A stretch of DNA of 64,000 bases, from the NCBI GenBank assembly GCA_009914755.4, contig CP068257.2, forward strand, positions 21,568,001 through 21,632,000, in the 5' to 3' direction. Positions 1 to 14,350 of the stretch are shown piece by piece. The notes beneath the pieces were generated by a model, which had not been told where the DNA came from, did no database searches, and worked only from the letters and a program-made list of their open reading frames with translations. The translations under genes and the position numbers were made by a program. The DNA is from the human T2T-CHM13v2.0 reference genome, Homo sapiens. How positions within the stretch are numbered: position 1 is the stretch's first letter; each line of letters begins with the position of its first letter.

Positions 1-199
1 AAATAATATTATTTGCTAGCACACTAACTTAAGATGTTCAAGGTATATACATTTGTAGCAGGTCAACCCACCAATGCCTATTTGCATTTACTAAAAGATA
101 AAAATAAAATTGAAAATAAATCTTTAACTATGTACATTCAAATATTGATATCAGGTTTATAAATTAAAATATTTGGCAATTTATATCTCCCATGACCTT

Positions 200-2542
200 T
201 GTATTAGTCCATTTCACACTGTTATAATCAACTGCCTGAGACCGGGTAATTTACAAAGAAAAGAAAGATGTTTAATTAACTCACAGTTCCACAGGGCTCA
301 GAAAACTTACAATAATGGCAGAAGGCAAAGGAAAAGCAAACACCTTCTTCACAAGGTGGCAGGGGAGAGAGAGAGTGAGGGACAAGCTGCCAAACACTTT
401 TAAACCATCAGATCTCGTGAACGATTATTATCATGAGAAGAGCATGGTAGAAACCACCCCACGATCCAAACACCTCCCACGAGGACTCTCCCTCAACACA
501 TGGGGATTACAATTCAAAATGAGATTTGGGTGGAGACACAGAGCCAAACCATATTATTTCACCCCAGCCCCTCCCAAATCTCATGTCCTCAAATTTCAAC
601 ACCAATCATGCCTTCCCAAAAGTCCCCCAAAATCTTAACTCATTTCAGAATTAGCTCAAAACTTCAAGTCCAACATTTCCTCTGAGACAAAGCAAGTCCT
701 TTCTTCCTAGGAAAAAAATAAAAATAAAAATAAAAAAAGTTAGTTACTTCCAAGATATGATAGAAGTACAGGCATTGGGTTAATTTTCCTATTCTAAATG
801 GGAGAAATTGGCCAAAACAAAGGGGCCACAGGTCTCATACAAGTCCAAAACCTAGCTGGGCAGTCATTAAATCTTAAAGCTCCAAGCTCTCCTTTGACAC
901 CATGTCTCAGATCCAGGGCACACTGCTGCAAGGGGTGGGCTCCCAAGGACTTACATAGCTTTACCCTTGTAAGTCTGCAGGGTCCATCCCTTACAGCTGT
1001 TTCACAGGCTGCTGTTGAGTCCATGAAGCTTTTGCAAGCACATAGTGCAAGCTATGTGTAGATTTGCCATTCTGGGGTCTGGAGGACAGTGGCCTTCTTC
1101 TCACAGCTCCACTAGGCAGTGCCCCAGTAGGGACACTGTGCAGGACTTCAACTCCACATTTTCGCTCTGCATTGCCCTAGTAGAGTTCTGCATGAGGGCT
1201 CCGACCCTGCACAAACTTCTTCCTGGACATCTAGGCATTGCCATACAAATTCGGAAATCTAGGCAGAGGCTCCCAAAGCTCAATTTTTGTCTTCTGTGTA
1301 CCCACAGGTCTAACACTACATGAAAGCCACCAAGAATGGGGCTTGTACCCTCTGAAGCAATGGCTCAAGCTGTACCTTGGCCCCTTTTAGCCACAGCTGG
1401 AGTTGACACAGCTGGGACACAAGGCACCATGTCCTGAAGCTGCACAGAACAGCAGGGCCCTGGAGCTAGTGCAAAAACCTTTTTCTCTCCTAGACTTCTG
1501 GACTTGTGATGGGAGAGGCTGCTATGAAGGTATCTGAGATGCCCTGGAGACATTTTTCCCATTGTCATGGCTATTAACATTTGGCTCCTTATTACAAATG
1601 CAAATTTTTGCAGCTGGCTTGATTTTCTCCCCAGAAAATGTTTGTTTTTGTTTTATTACCACAAGGTCAGGCTGCAAATTTTCTAAACTTTTGTGCTCTG
1701 CTTCCCTTTTAAATAAAAGTTCCAGTTTCAGATAATCTCTTTATAAATGCATATGACTAGATGTTTTCAGAATCAGCCAGGTCACCTCTTAAATGCTTTG
1801 CTGCTTAGAAATTTCTTCTGCCAGATACCTTAAATCATCTCTCTCAAGTTCAAATTTCCACAGATCTCTCAAGCAGCAGCAAAATACTGCCATTCTTTTG
1901 TCTACAGCATAGCATGAGTGACCTTTACTCCAGTTCTAAACAAGTTCCTCATCTCCATCTGAGACCACCTCCGTCTGGACTTTATTGTCCATATCACTAT
2001 CAGCATTTTGGTCAAAACCATTCAACAAGTCTCTAGGAAGTTCCAAACTTTTCCACATCTTCCCATCTTCTTCTGAGCCCTTCAAACTGTTTCAACCTCT
2101 GCCCATTATCCATTTGCAAAGTTTCTTCCACATTTTCAGGCAGTTCCCCACACCTGGTACCGATTTTCTGCATTAGTCCATTTTCACACTGCTATGAAGA
2201 ACTGCATGAGACTGAGTAATTTACAAAGAAAGAACAAAGGTTTAATTGACTCACAGTTCTGCATGGCTCAGGAAACTTACAATCAAGACAGAAACTGAAG
2301 GAGAAGCAAGCAACTTCTTAACAAGGTGGCAGGACAAATACATAGAGAGAGAGCACAAAGTGGGAAATAGCCAAACACTTGTAAACCATCAGATCCTGTG
2401 ACAGCTCACTCACTATCATGAGGACAGCATGAGAAAAACTGCCCTCATGATCCACTCACCTCCCACCAGGTCCTTCCCTCAACATGTGAAGATTACAATT
2501 CTAGATGAGATTTGGGTAGGGACACAGAGCCAAACCATATCA
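200..2542 (-). mobile_element. THE1/MST-class ERVL-MaLR element, LTR-internal-LTR, about 2.3 kb. The two LTRs run 200-556 and 2169-2542, and the internal region runs 557-2168.
   Basis: Both LTRs match the reverse complement of the MaLR LTR consensus, from TGTATTAGTCC(A/G)T... through ...AGCCAAACCATATCA. The sequence between them matches the reverse complement of THE1-int, for example ...GACAATGGGAAAAATGTCTCCAGGGCATCTCAGATACC... and ...GCACTGCCTAGTGGAGCTGTGAGAAGAAGGCCACTGTCCTCCAGACCCCAGAATGGCAAATC.... The two LTRs are visibly diverged from each other (roughly 80-85% identity), so the element is old. Every track ORF between 173 and 1580 lies inside it. Confidence 0.8.
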
Positions 2543-4314
2543 ATCTTCAAATAATATCATAGATTTATTATCCAATTGTATACTTAGAAATAACCTTGAC
2601 ATTGTCTACAATATATAATCTGTTACAGTAAGTAATTTTGAATTAAAATAGTAGAATGCATTCTGATACAGGAAATAGAAACCTAAGAATGAATTATTTT
2701 ACCATTGCCAAATTATACACAACATATAAGTAGTAGAAATTGTAGATGATTTAAAGTGTGTTGTTTGTACTTTAAAGTGTGTAGATGATTTAAAGTTGTG
2801 TGTGTTTTCTTCTGATAAAGTGGATCTTTACATGATAAATTAGTAACTTATTATAAAAAGTTAGATCTTACATGATAAAAATAAAACATCATGTATGTTT
2901 TAGGTTAAGTATTTCTTTTGTCTGAGTTAGATTTTTGCAGTAAAGTTGCTGTGATGAAGCCTGATGCAATTGTAATACTAAAGTCTAAAAAAATTAGATT
3001 TATGGTAAGATTTTGTAAAGTTATTCATAGCCATTTAATAGTGTAAGACATTTTTAAGCATCTTCTAAAGGATGACAAACATTCCAAAGGATGACCATTT
3101 AGTTCTATTTTTGCATATTTTAAAGAAATATTAGACACATCTTTACACTTGATATTGTATTGGAAGGGAATTAGATACAATGAAACATATAACCTAAAAG
3201 AATCTCATTAATCTAGGAAAAAATAATGGAAAAAATCTAGGAAAAAATAATCTAGGAAAAACAATGGTATGTTTAGGAAAATAGCCTGTTGCATGGTATG
3301 TTATATATCAAGAAGGTATGTTTAGGAAAATAGCCTGTTGCATGGCAAGAGAGATGCCACCTTGAAGTAAAACTGCCATGAGGACAAATGTTTGGCTCTC
3401 ATGTACAAAGATGTTCTGCAATAGGCCTTGAAACAATGCCTCTAACATAGATAATTTATCATAAATGTGGTTGTGTAACCTCCCCAGTGGTCATGAGTCT
3501 TGGCAAGAAAGTCTGAAGACATGGCGAGCTGCACCTGTTTTACCCTGAAAGTTTCCTTTATAAAAAATATGTTTTGGAGTGTAGATATGGGAATCCACTC
3601 TCTTGTGGCCACTCAAGACATTACTTCTCTTTTTAAGTCCCCTTTAATTTTTTTCTTTCCCTGAAAAACTGGATTCATCAGCCTCTTCTGTGGCCTCTCT
3701 TGTCCTTCAGGCTTTGGGGATGGGTTTGCATTTATTTGCTCACCATTAAACAGTATGCATGTGTGTTCTTCGTAACTATTTACCTATTTGTGTGTGTGTA
3801 CTTCTTTTTTAAGAAAATGAGTTTATATTTCTGGAAACTAACGATGTTATTCACTTTATAAATTGTAAAAAAAAACAGATTTTTTAAATGACATGTTTAT
3901 TTTCTGAATTATTTGTATTGATCTTTATTATGTACGAGAACTCAGAGAAATGGTTTTTAATATATTGTTAGAATACATTAAATTAAATTTAACAGAGTTC
4001 ATTTGAGCAAAAAGTGAATCAGGAATAAAGCAGTACTCAAAAGAGGTTCAGAGAGCTAAATTCAGCAAATTGGCAGCGGGTTTTTATAGACAGAACCAGG
4101 TAATAAAGCAGAGAAATAGCTTGATTGGTTACACCTAGGCAATTTTCTTATTTGGACCTGGTCCAAATAAGATTGCTGATGATTGGCTGGGACCAGAAAT
4201 CTGTTACAAAATATACAAAATTAGGTTTTAGTTTGTTTACATACTGGGTGATGTTCCAGATTGTTATGTGGAAACCCAAAGTACGGAGGCAGCCTCACAC
4301 TTAGGTCTTCCTGG

Positions 4315-4647
<333 letters not shown>

Positions 4648-7600
4648 TGTTTGTTTAACCTAACAGTACCTTAAATTACATGTTGTTTCCTTACATATAT
4701 TAATTAGCAATTTCAAAAACAATTGAAGTTATGACAGACTTTATCTTAATGTTTTTGGTAAGATGAGATATTGATTTTATAAAAATTTCCTTTTTAATTG
4801 GCTTGGCATATTTTAAATAAATCATATTATAGCATAAGATAATCAATTGATGATGTGATTAATATACAAGCAGTTTTAACTTTATTCAGAAGTAAAAATA
4901 ACTGTAATATGTTTTCTTAATTAATGTAGGTCAAATTAAATATTTTTGAATATTATATTGTTAAGAGAACTTTTACGGTCTTGAGAAAGAAAGTAGAAAA
5001 ATACAATGTAAAGGATAAGATGTAATACAAGAGAATTGGAATTATATTAACTCAATTTGAATGTCACTAAGAGTTTACAAATCACTTTCAAAATGAGCTG
5101 TTCATTTTGCTAAATGTTATATATCAAGAAAAAAAGACTAGAATGACAAGGCAACTAAGAAATTAAATAAAATCTTTGAAATAAATATTTTCTTAACTTT
5201 TTATCTAATATAATTTCACAGTCAGGCTATAGACCTATAAATGTAGCCCCTAATTTAAAATAACCTATAGTTTTAACAATATATACATATGTAATAAACT
5301 TTGAAAAACCATAGATTTTATATATTATATATAAATGTATATATATTTAATGGAATGAAATTATGCTTGATTTAATTGGCCTAAATAATTACATATTTTG
5401 TATACTGATGTTTTGAAATTAAGTCAATATATTCAGATCAAATAAATATTCCAAAGCCTCTAAGTAGGCACAGATTTTCATCTAATGCCAATGAAAGTGT
5501 AAACTATTTAATCATATTTTCTGTTACTCATTTAATTTTTAGTCAGTGATTTACAATGTTTTTTTAACAATATTCACAATAAAACAAAATGTCAGTAGTC
5601 TTCATTATAAAGACTTTGCTACATGCTTACTTGGCTAAGATAAACTATACTTCTCATAATTTCCTTTTATTTGCATATTTCCATACATGTGGGCTACAAG
5701 ATTTTCCTGGAGAGGCAGAGGCACAAGAGACACTACAACCATTTTGTACAACTCAATTGTTGCTGATCTGCTGAGTCAACTCATTCAAATAAAGCAGCAG
5801 CTGTACCTTTATTTTCTTTCTTACTCCTGGATTTCCTTCAGTTTCTGTGACTCATGGGACATATGTGTGACTTCAATTCCATCTGAAAGAGCATAGGATT
5901 CTGCAGGATACCTTAATCACCAAGATCAGAGGGAGATCTTAATTGCATATGACAAACTTATTGTAAGAATGAATGGTGATTATGTGTTCTGACAAAAACA
6001 CAATCGTTTATTAAGCATTTAGTACATGCCAATCTGCTAGACATTTTACTTGTAAATAAGTAAATATTCAAAAATGAAAATACCCCAAATTAAGATACAT
6101 ATATTTAAGAGATATAAATAATTGAGAGATTCATTTGCTCTCCAAATTTGCAAATAACTACCAATCCTCAATGGCTTCATCTTCATAATAAAAGATGTTA
6201 AAATATATATAAGATTATTTACAACCTTAAATTTGGGAGAGTTAATGAAAAGGTAATATGAATTACCATTTCTATCTTATTTTTAATAACTTTATAACAG
6301 ATATTCAACAAATGTCCTATATTGACCTAAATTTAGATTCCTGTGTTTAGCAAAGAGTGCTAAATTAAACATTCATTTAAAGCAAAGCTTCCTCACATTT
6401 TAGCCCTAGATTTTTCTATTTTTCATTTGAATATATTTGCAATAAAGTGATATACTTTAAATACGCATATATGAAATATGCACATATAATATAAAACTTT
6501 TGTTTTTTAGCATAAGTGTTTGCAATGATGGAAGTTTATATATATACACATATATACTTGTACATATATATGTACATACATACATGCATATATGTTTAGT
6601 TATTTAAATGATTATAAAATATTATATTGTCGCAGAAAAACACATAAAGCCTGTTTCTTCTACATCTCAGTGCTAAGAGATATTACCACTAATTTTAAAT
6701 TTTGTCAATCATAAAGATTTAAACTTTTAATCTTAAATTTTTCCACTGCAGAATAACTGTTATTGTTTTTTATACCTATAATATTTGTAATAATAGCTTG
6801 TTTACTTATGAATAGATGTTGAACTTTCAGAGGTATTTTCTAGAAATATTACACACATTTCAAAATTTAATCTTTCCGTAAGTGAGTCACTACTGCATTC
6901 CTGAAATATGACTTCATGGGACATACCACATTATGTAAGATACACTTCTGTATTTCACTGCCAAATATTATTCTAATTATTTTACAATTTTTTAAACTTT
7001 CAAGTTCAGGGATATAAATGCAGGTTTATTACACAGATAAACTTGTGTCATGGGGGCTTGTTGTTATACAGAGTATTAAGCCTGGGACTTATTACTTTTC
7101 CTGATCCTCTCTCTCCTCCCACCCTCTACCCTCTGAAGGCCTTAGTGTGGGTTGTTTCCCTCTGTGTCTATGTGTTCTCATCGTTTAGCTCCCAAATCTT
7201 ATTTATAATTGAAACCGCATGTGAATTATCTTTTTTAGTATGCCGTTTATCAGATTTTATTATTGTTTCATAAAAAATACTCAACCTCCCTTTTTTTATG
7301 TTTAAAACAATATTTGTAATTACTAATGATCATACTTGCTAAAATTGTTTGGTTCAAATGTTTGTAATAATGGGACTAGCTGCAATCTAGTTTTAATGAG
7401 CAAGGCAATGTTATATCCAAGACACACCCAATGGTACTTCTTAAACTTAGCTCAGGAGATTTCTATCAAGATTCAGATGGCGATAAAATAAGTATACAAA
7501 TCTGTTCACAAACATTAATAAATATCTGAAAGTTGATTGCAAAACAAAATGAAAACCTTAATGTAAGCACATATTTTATCAAATAGTTCCATCATTTCAT

Positions 7601-9354
7601 TGAGAATAAAAGCATTGTTCTTTCAAAGTTTATATAATGTTCAAATAATTCATGTATGCTATATGAATTTATAATATTTGAGACGTATATAATATTAGGT
7701 TAAATTCAACACATTTTTATTCTGTAGGGGCATGACACTAAATTTTTGCTTATAGAATAATTTCCAGTGATGAGTAATTATTTTCTGTTCTACCAAAATT
7801 CTATCAATATTTTAAACAATCTTGCAATTAGTTTATTTTAAAGTTTATATAGCCCTCAGACATGAATTAACATGATGCTGATATCAGACATGATGCTAGA
7901 TTATTATTTATCTTTTCAATGTTTTTTACCATACTAAAAGCATAATGCATTATTTTAAATTTGCTATTTATGTTTTGTCAGAAAATAATGAATGTTTCTA
8001 AGTTTTCAGATTTGTTCACATATATTTATAGCATTCTCTTAAAATTTTAATGTGTCTGTATTGTGCGTATAACAATATTTTTTCTCCCTGATTTCCTTAG
8101 CTGAATTATAAGAATTTTTTAAAAACTTTTAAATAAAAACCTTCTAGATTTATCAATTCTACTAGTTTTTGCTTTACATTTTACTAATTTCTATGCCATA
8201 TTTAATACTGCAGTATTTCTAATTTGTTGTTTTCTCTTTACTAGCTTATGTTATTAATTATCACAGTCTATCTTTCAGGATTACGTTATTTCAATTAGAG
8301 TATAAGAACTTTTCAAGGTACCCTTTTGTGTTTCCATTACCAAAAATTGTGTTATTTTTGTCATAATTATTATTTTCAGTGTGTTATGAAAATTTCTCTC
8401 CATTGTTGTTATTTTCATTTCAACAGCCAATTATGCTTTAAGGAGACTGAGATAATGATTTAGAATTGTATACATATAGGTAGTATTTTCTGTGCTCTTG
8501 ATTCATTTATATGAATCCATATTTCTATACAGTATCATTTTCTTTTTGTCTGAAGGATTTCTTGTGACATTTATTGTGTGACAAGTCTTCTGGTAATGAA
8601 TTCTTTCCTCTTTTACATATCTAATACTGCCTTTGTTTCATGTTTGTTGAACAGTTTTTTGATATAGAAGTCTATACTGATAGTTTATTTTTCCATTCAG
8701 TAACTTAAAAGTTTTATTCCACCACCGTCTGTCTGACGTTATTTCTCATTAGAAATCTGCTGTGATCTAGTTCTATGTATATCAGTCTTTTTTTCTGAAT
8801 TTAAAAAATTTCTCTTTATCACTACCTTGCACAATTTCATTTTAATGTGCTTTACATTCATTTTTTAAAATATTTTCTTGCAATTGGGTTTTTTTTTGAA
8901 GCATTTGAAACTTTGTAGTTTTCACCAAATTTGGAATGTTTTCTGTTATTCTTTTTTTTTTTCCTTTTTCACCTCTCTTTTTTCTTTCTTTAGGAACTCT
9001 AATTTTATTTATTGTGGGCCACTTGAAGTTATACCAGTGACATTTTCTTTATTTGTTAAAAATTATATTTCCCATATTTTATTTTGAATAATTTCTATTG
9101 ATATTTTGAGGGTAATTATTTTTCAACTGCAATTTCTAAACTGTTGTTAATTTTATTTTCTGTATTATAGTTTTCATCTCTAAAAGTTTAATTTTTCATT
9201 TTTAATGTTTTCCAAGTTGCTAGATTTAGGCATTTGCAATACAGTTATAACAACAGTTTTAATGTTTGTTTTTATTGTCTGCTAATTCTAACATTTCTGT
9301 CATTTCTGGATAACCTTTGATTGATTGATACACCTCACCATTATGGAACAGAAA

Positions 9355-9480
9355 ATATTTTTCTGTTTCTTTGCGTTTTTCTGTTTTTGTTTCTTTGTAT
9401 TTTTCTCTTTGTATTTTTCTTTGTATTGTTTCTTTGTATTTTTCTCCCATAAAAATGTGTTCTTTTCTCCCATAAAAAAG
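9355..9480. repeat. Cryptic tandem repeat with a roughly 15 bp unit TTTCTTTGTATTTTTC repeated about 5 times, followed by a duplicated 22 bp unit TCTCCCATAAAAA(A/T)GTGTTCTTT
   Basis: Read directly as repeated ctttgtatttttct units and two adjacent near-identical cccataaaaa(a/t)gtgttcttt units. Confidence 0.6.
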
Positions 9481-10548
9481 TGTTCTTTGTAGGATAACAC
9501 TTTGCGAATTTTTCCTTGTTTATGCTAGAACATTTTTATTTCTATAAATATTCTTGAAATTGGAATATGATTAACTTTCAAACAGTTTTATTTTTGGAGG
9601 CTTTTATTTTAAGGTCTGTTCAATGAGTACTCTCTGTGCTGAAGCTAGGATTAATATTCACCACTGCCGAGGTAAGATTTTCTATGCTTTTACCCAAGAC
9701 CCAATGCCTGTTGACTTTTTCCATCTGGATGGTGATATTCTTAGCTCTGTGCGCACCTGAGCACTGTCACTTGTAATTCATTGAGTTTGTTCTTCTCTAG
9801 GCCTTAGATAGTTTCCTCAAATGCATAAGCAGGTCATTACACAGATGAATACTCAAGGATACTCTCCTCTCTGGTCTCTATTCCAGATCAAGTCATCTTG
9901 ATCACCATGGTTTCTCAGCTTCATCTCTTCAACATAGAGATTCCTAGTCTCTGCCTATCTTCCCCTTCCCTGTGCTACAGCCAAGAGTCTCTCTTACTGC
10001 AGTAAGCTGGGTAATTAGGAGGCTGATTTTGTTTGTTTCTCGTCTCTCAGAGATCACTGTCCTTTACTGCCTATTTTTCAGTGGCTTGCTACTTTTTTTT
10101 CCACTTTATTGGTTATTTCAAGTAGGAAAATGAATCCAGCTCTGCTATTCCATCCTGGTTACAAATGGAGACCTATAATTCAATATGTCATTTTTAGTTA
10201 CCTTTTACTAAAATTAAATTTATTTATATGTAGGAATCTAATCTACATTATTTTGTTTTCTGCCAAATATCTGAGCAGTATATGTTGTCTCATCATCACA
10301 TTATTGAAACAATGCAGAATGCTATAGTGACTGACACTGGAAGAAGTGATTTCTGATCAATAAACTGCCAAAATCAACACCTTCTTGAGCACTACATGAA
10401 AGCAAATATTCCAAATGTCAGCATTTTATATACATGTGCCTTTTGCTTAAGTATATACATAGATTTGTTCTTTGTGCGTCCATTCTGTAATCTCCGAGGT
10501 AAAAATTGTGACAAATTAGAATTTTCAATAAAATATTTTAATAAAATA

Positions 10549-10837
<289 letters not shown>

Positions 10838-13591
10838 TTAATAAAATAAAAATTTAAGTCCCAGAATACTAACTTTTTTCACATCTTAAAATATCTCCTA
10901 ACTACTGTCTGGTTTTATGAAAATAATTTTATTTTGCTTATGATGTTAGATGATTGAAAAGAGTCAGTTGACTAACCAGAATTTTCAGTAAAACTCTTGT
11001 AATTCCAGTCAATTTTCAGTCTCTCCTTATGATCATATTAAGGAACACATTAAAGAGAATACACTTAGAAAAACACACCAAGCTTTTTGATATCTATGGT
11101 TTATAATTTTTAATGTTATATAATATTTAGTTTTATAGTCTGTATTATTTTATTGTTTAGAAATATAATTTGTTATTATTTAAATTTTTTGATTTATATT
11201 CTAAATGAAAGATTTTATTCAGAAATATTCTTTAAACATTTTCCGTTACCAAATTGGACTGGCTATAAAATGCCATTTGTTAGAATTCAGTTAGACGGTA
11301 TAAAGAAATCAGATAACAGAAATAAACACAAATTCATTTTCAACTAAGCATTCCTAGTTCTTAGTCAACATTACACATTCAAGCAAAATACATTTAAAAT
11401 ACATTCAAGCAAAAGTATTAAAATGAGATTCCTAGGTTTTTTTAAAAAACAGAGTGTTAACTTTTCTTACTACAGTATCTTAGCATTGACATATACTCTA
11501 TGGTCAACTAATTGATGTCGTACCTTCTGTGTGTGAGTGATAAGAGAAATCTTAATAATATATTTACAAAATTGGCCACCATGACTTATTTTAGGCAAAA
11601 GAATTAGAAAAACACACAAAATTGAAATGAACATTTTCAAAGAGTCACAGACTTAATAGATTATTATTATTTTATAAATTACAAGTTATGTTTATAAATG
11701 TATTACATGTTATAGCAATAACAATACCTAGGTACTTAAAAGTATCCTTCTCCCCTTTAATTCTACTCTCCCCATTATCACCAATCAGAGATTATTACTA
11801 TTAAAATATTCAGTGTGTCTACATACAATCTTCATACAGTTGGTTAAAAATATAGAGAGACTAATATAAAGCTCTTAGATGTCAAAATATAAGGTAATAA
11901 TATCTTCTGCATAAGTTTAAAATATCTACCTCATAAAGTGGTTGAAAAAATCAAGTGAGTTAATATTTTCAAAATCTTGTCATAGCCCCAATCGCCTTTT
12001 TAAAGTTTTGCATGTTATTTCACCTATTGGGATACTTATGCATTTATTTCTATGGAGTCAGAAAAGCTGAATCACTGCATCACATTTATATGTTAATAGA
12101 CACTGTCCCAGCACCCCTGATGTGTCTGCCTGCTAAGAAAGACAGTGGGAAGTGCTTTATTTGAACTGAGTTCTCTGATTTCAATGGAGATTATGGAATC
12201 CCAAGGCAGCCCCAAGGTGGCGGGAGGTAAGAGTAAACATTAAATTGTCAGAAGCAAGATGAATGTGACTACTGTAATAGGAAACAGATCACAGCTGTAA
12301 TCAGAATGGTTTTACCCATTTATATTTTTGCATTGCCTAATTAATCATGGGAAATCTATGAAATCATTATCGAAAACAACAAAACAGTCCTAACAATACT
12401 AACTAAAAGTTGCTTGATTTGTATAGTGAAAAATTTTTAGTAATGGTGCATTACCAATAGAAAGTCACAACCCAGTTCCCAGAGTAGAAGCTTATCATAT
12501 CCCTACAAAAATCTTTTGAGTAAAGAGGAAGGTGACTACCCTTGAACAAGAACCCCACACTGTCTCCCCACCCCCAAATTGTAATATGTATCTTCCTTCC
12601 AATTTTTCCCAAAGTAGTCTTTGACCATTTACTATGTAATAGGGTAGGAAATATAACAAATTTGGTGGGAATTCACTAATAGCGAATTGACAATCATTCC
12701 TGGTGATTTAAGAATATGGGCTAATGGAATTAAAGTACTCAATGGAGCTTTGGTTCCTGGTGGTAACAGTGAGTCCAAAAACACATTGTGTGTTTATTTC
12801 CTCACGTCTAGAATGTATAGCTTCTATAGATATGCCCAACATTAGTCAGAAATTAAGCAATTAGCTCTGACTCTGGGAATTCACTAGTCTTTTTCTTATC
12901 ACCCTAAGTTGGGATGACTAATAACACAGCATCCCTTATCTAACAACAAGCCTTGAAGTCTCATATCTAGAACCATCTAGTGATTAATACAGTGTGTGAT
13001 TCCGTTAATGTCCACCAAGATGTGGTCTTTGTTCTGAATTAGTGACCAAATATTAATATGTTGCTGTTTTCCCAGGGCCTGAATTCACATGTCTGATAAT
13101 CAAAGGTAAGAAATGTAAGCAGCTAACTTTCTATTAACCATAATGATCTATCAATAATGATCTATCCATTTTTTTCTTCCCTTCATACAGCGCTTGCTGA
13201 TTTTAGAGACCTTAGCTGAAAATACCACATGGTCCCTTTGAACTGAACAGGAAACAAGTACAAAGAAGAAGGTTACTAGTTGAGCTAATTAATTCTGACC
13301 CCAAATAAGGGAAGGAAGAGATTTTGTAGTACATCTCTTTGTACTTCTGTTTACTTTGATATGATTTTATAGAAAATCAATCACATCAAATGATACAGAA
13401 TGAGCTATCAATTTCTCAGACATTTCTAGAAAGAAGTTTTGGGTCACCCCCAAAGGAAGCCACCATAATCAACAGAATTGCTTGGTAGAAAATGAAATTT
13501 ATAAATACTGGTTAAAACTATATGACCTCATACCAAAATGATGGCCATAGGAGTTATAGTCATTTTTTTCTCACTTTGATATTAATTTATA

Positions 13592-13614
13592 TTAATGTTA
13601 TATATATATATATA
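13592..13614. repeat. (TA)n dinucleotide microsatellite
   Basis: atatatatatatatatat run. Confidence 0.9.
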
Positions 13615-14129
13615 TAGTATTTCCTTTCCTGTTTTTTTCCAATTCTCTTACTATATAAGGGAATATGAACAGCTGTCAGTAGGTTATCTTGAATTTCAGT
13701 ATTTAATTTATAGGCACACAAGACAGAATGTGACTCCAAATAAGTATGAACACCTTTTAAAGATGGATAAAGTGTTGGTCAAATCTTTAATAATTCGTCC
13801 AAATTTAAAATGGGAAAAAAAGGCATTTGTATTATTTTCCAATTTCCATTGTGTCAATACTCTAATTTCAGTTTGTTAATGTGATGTCACTGCATGAAAA
13901 TTTGGTATAAGATGCACAATATTAGCTCCTATGAATCAATGTAATACAGCTCCAACACAACACTGTAAAGATGACCAAGCTAATATCATCTCTTCCACAC
14001 GTTCTTTTTATGATGTGACTGATATTCCTCCCCCTGAGGATTGGGCTCTTTCTTTTTCTTTTTTTTTCTGTGAGTTCATGACCCCCAAAAATTAATCTTA
14101 TGTAATATGCTATGCTGGGTCACAAAAGA

Positions 14130-14350
14130 CAATTCAGCTCCTTTCTGGATCTCTTTGTTTTCTCACGGATCAACTGCAGCAACCACTTTTGTGAGAGACC
14201 CTAGGCAGCCATATGGGGAGGCTACATGTATATATTTTCACTGGTAGCCCCAGCTGAGTTCCCAGCTCAACCAACAGTCATGTGAGAGAATGAACCTTCA
14301 CAGGAGTCCAGCCCTTAGTCATGGGGTTCACTTTGGCCTTTGAGTGAATA
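14130..14350. mobile_element. Possible ancient MaLR (MLT1-like) LTR fragment
   Basis: GATCAACTGCAGCAACCACTTTTGTGAGAGACCCTAGGCAGCC and ...AGCCCCAGCTGAGTTCCCAGCTCAACCAACAGTCATGTGAGAGAATGAACC... resemble the MLT1/MST LTR core (GACTGCAACCTCATGAGAGACCCTGAGCCAG; CCAGCCAACAGCCAGCATCAACTGCCAGCCATGTGAGTGAGCCATCTTGGA). The match is weak and diverged, and I could not settle the orientation or boundaries. Confidence 0.3.

Noticed and set aside
12216-12228. Strong consensus 5' splice-site motif GGGAG|GTAAGAGT
   Set aside because: Isolated donor-like 9-mers occur frequently by chance in 64 kb. There is no convincing upstream ORF or acceptor, and no way to confirm this without RNA evidence.
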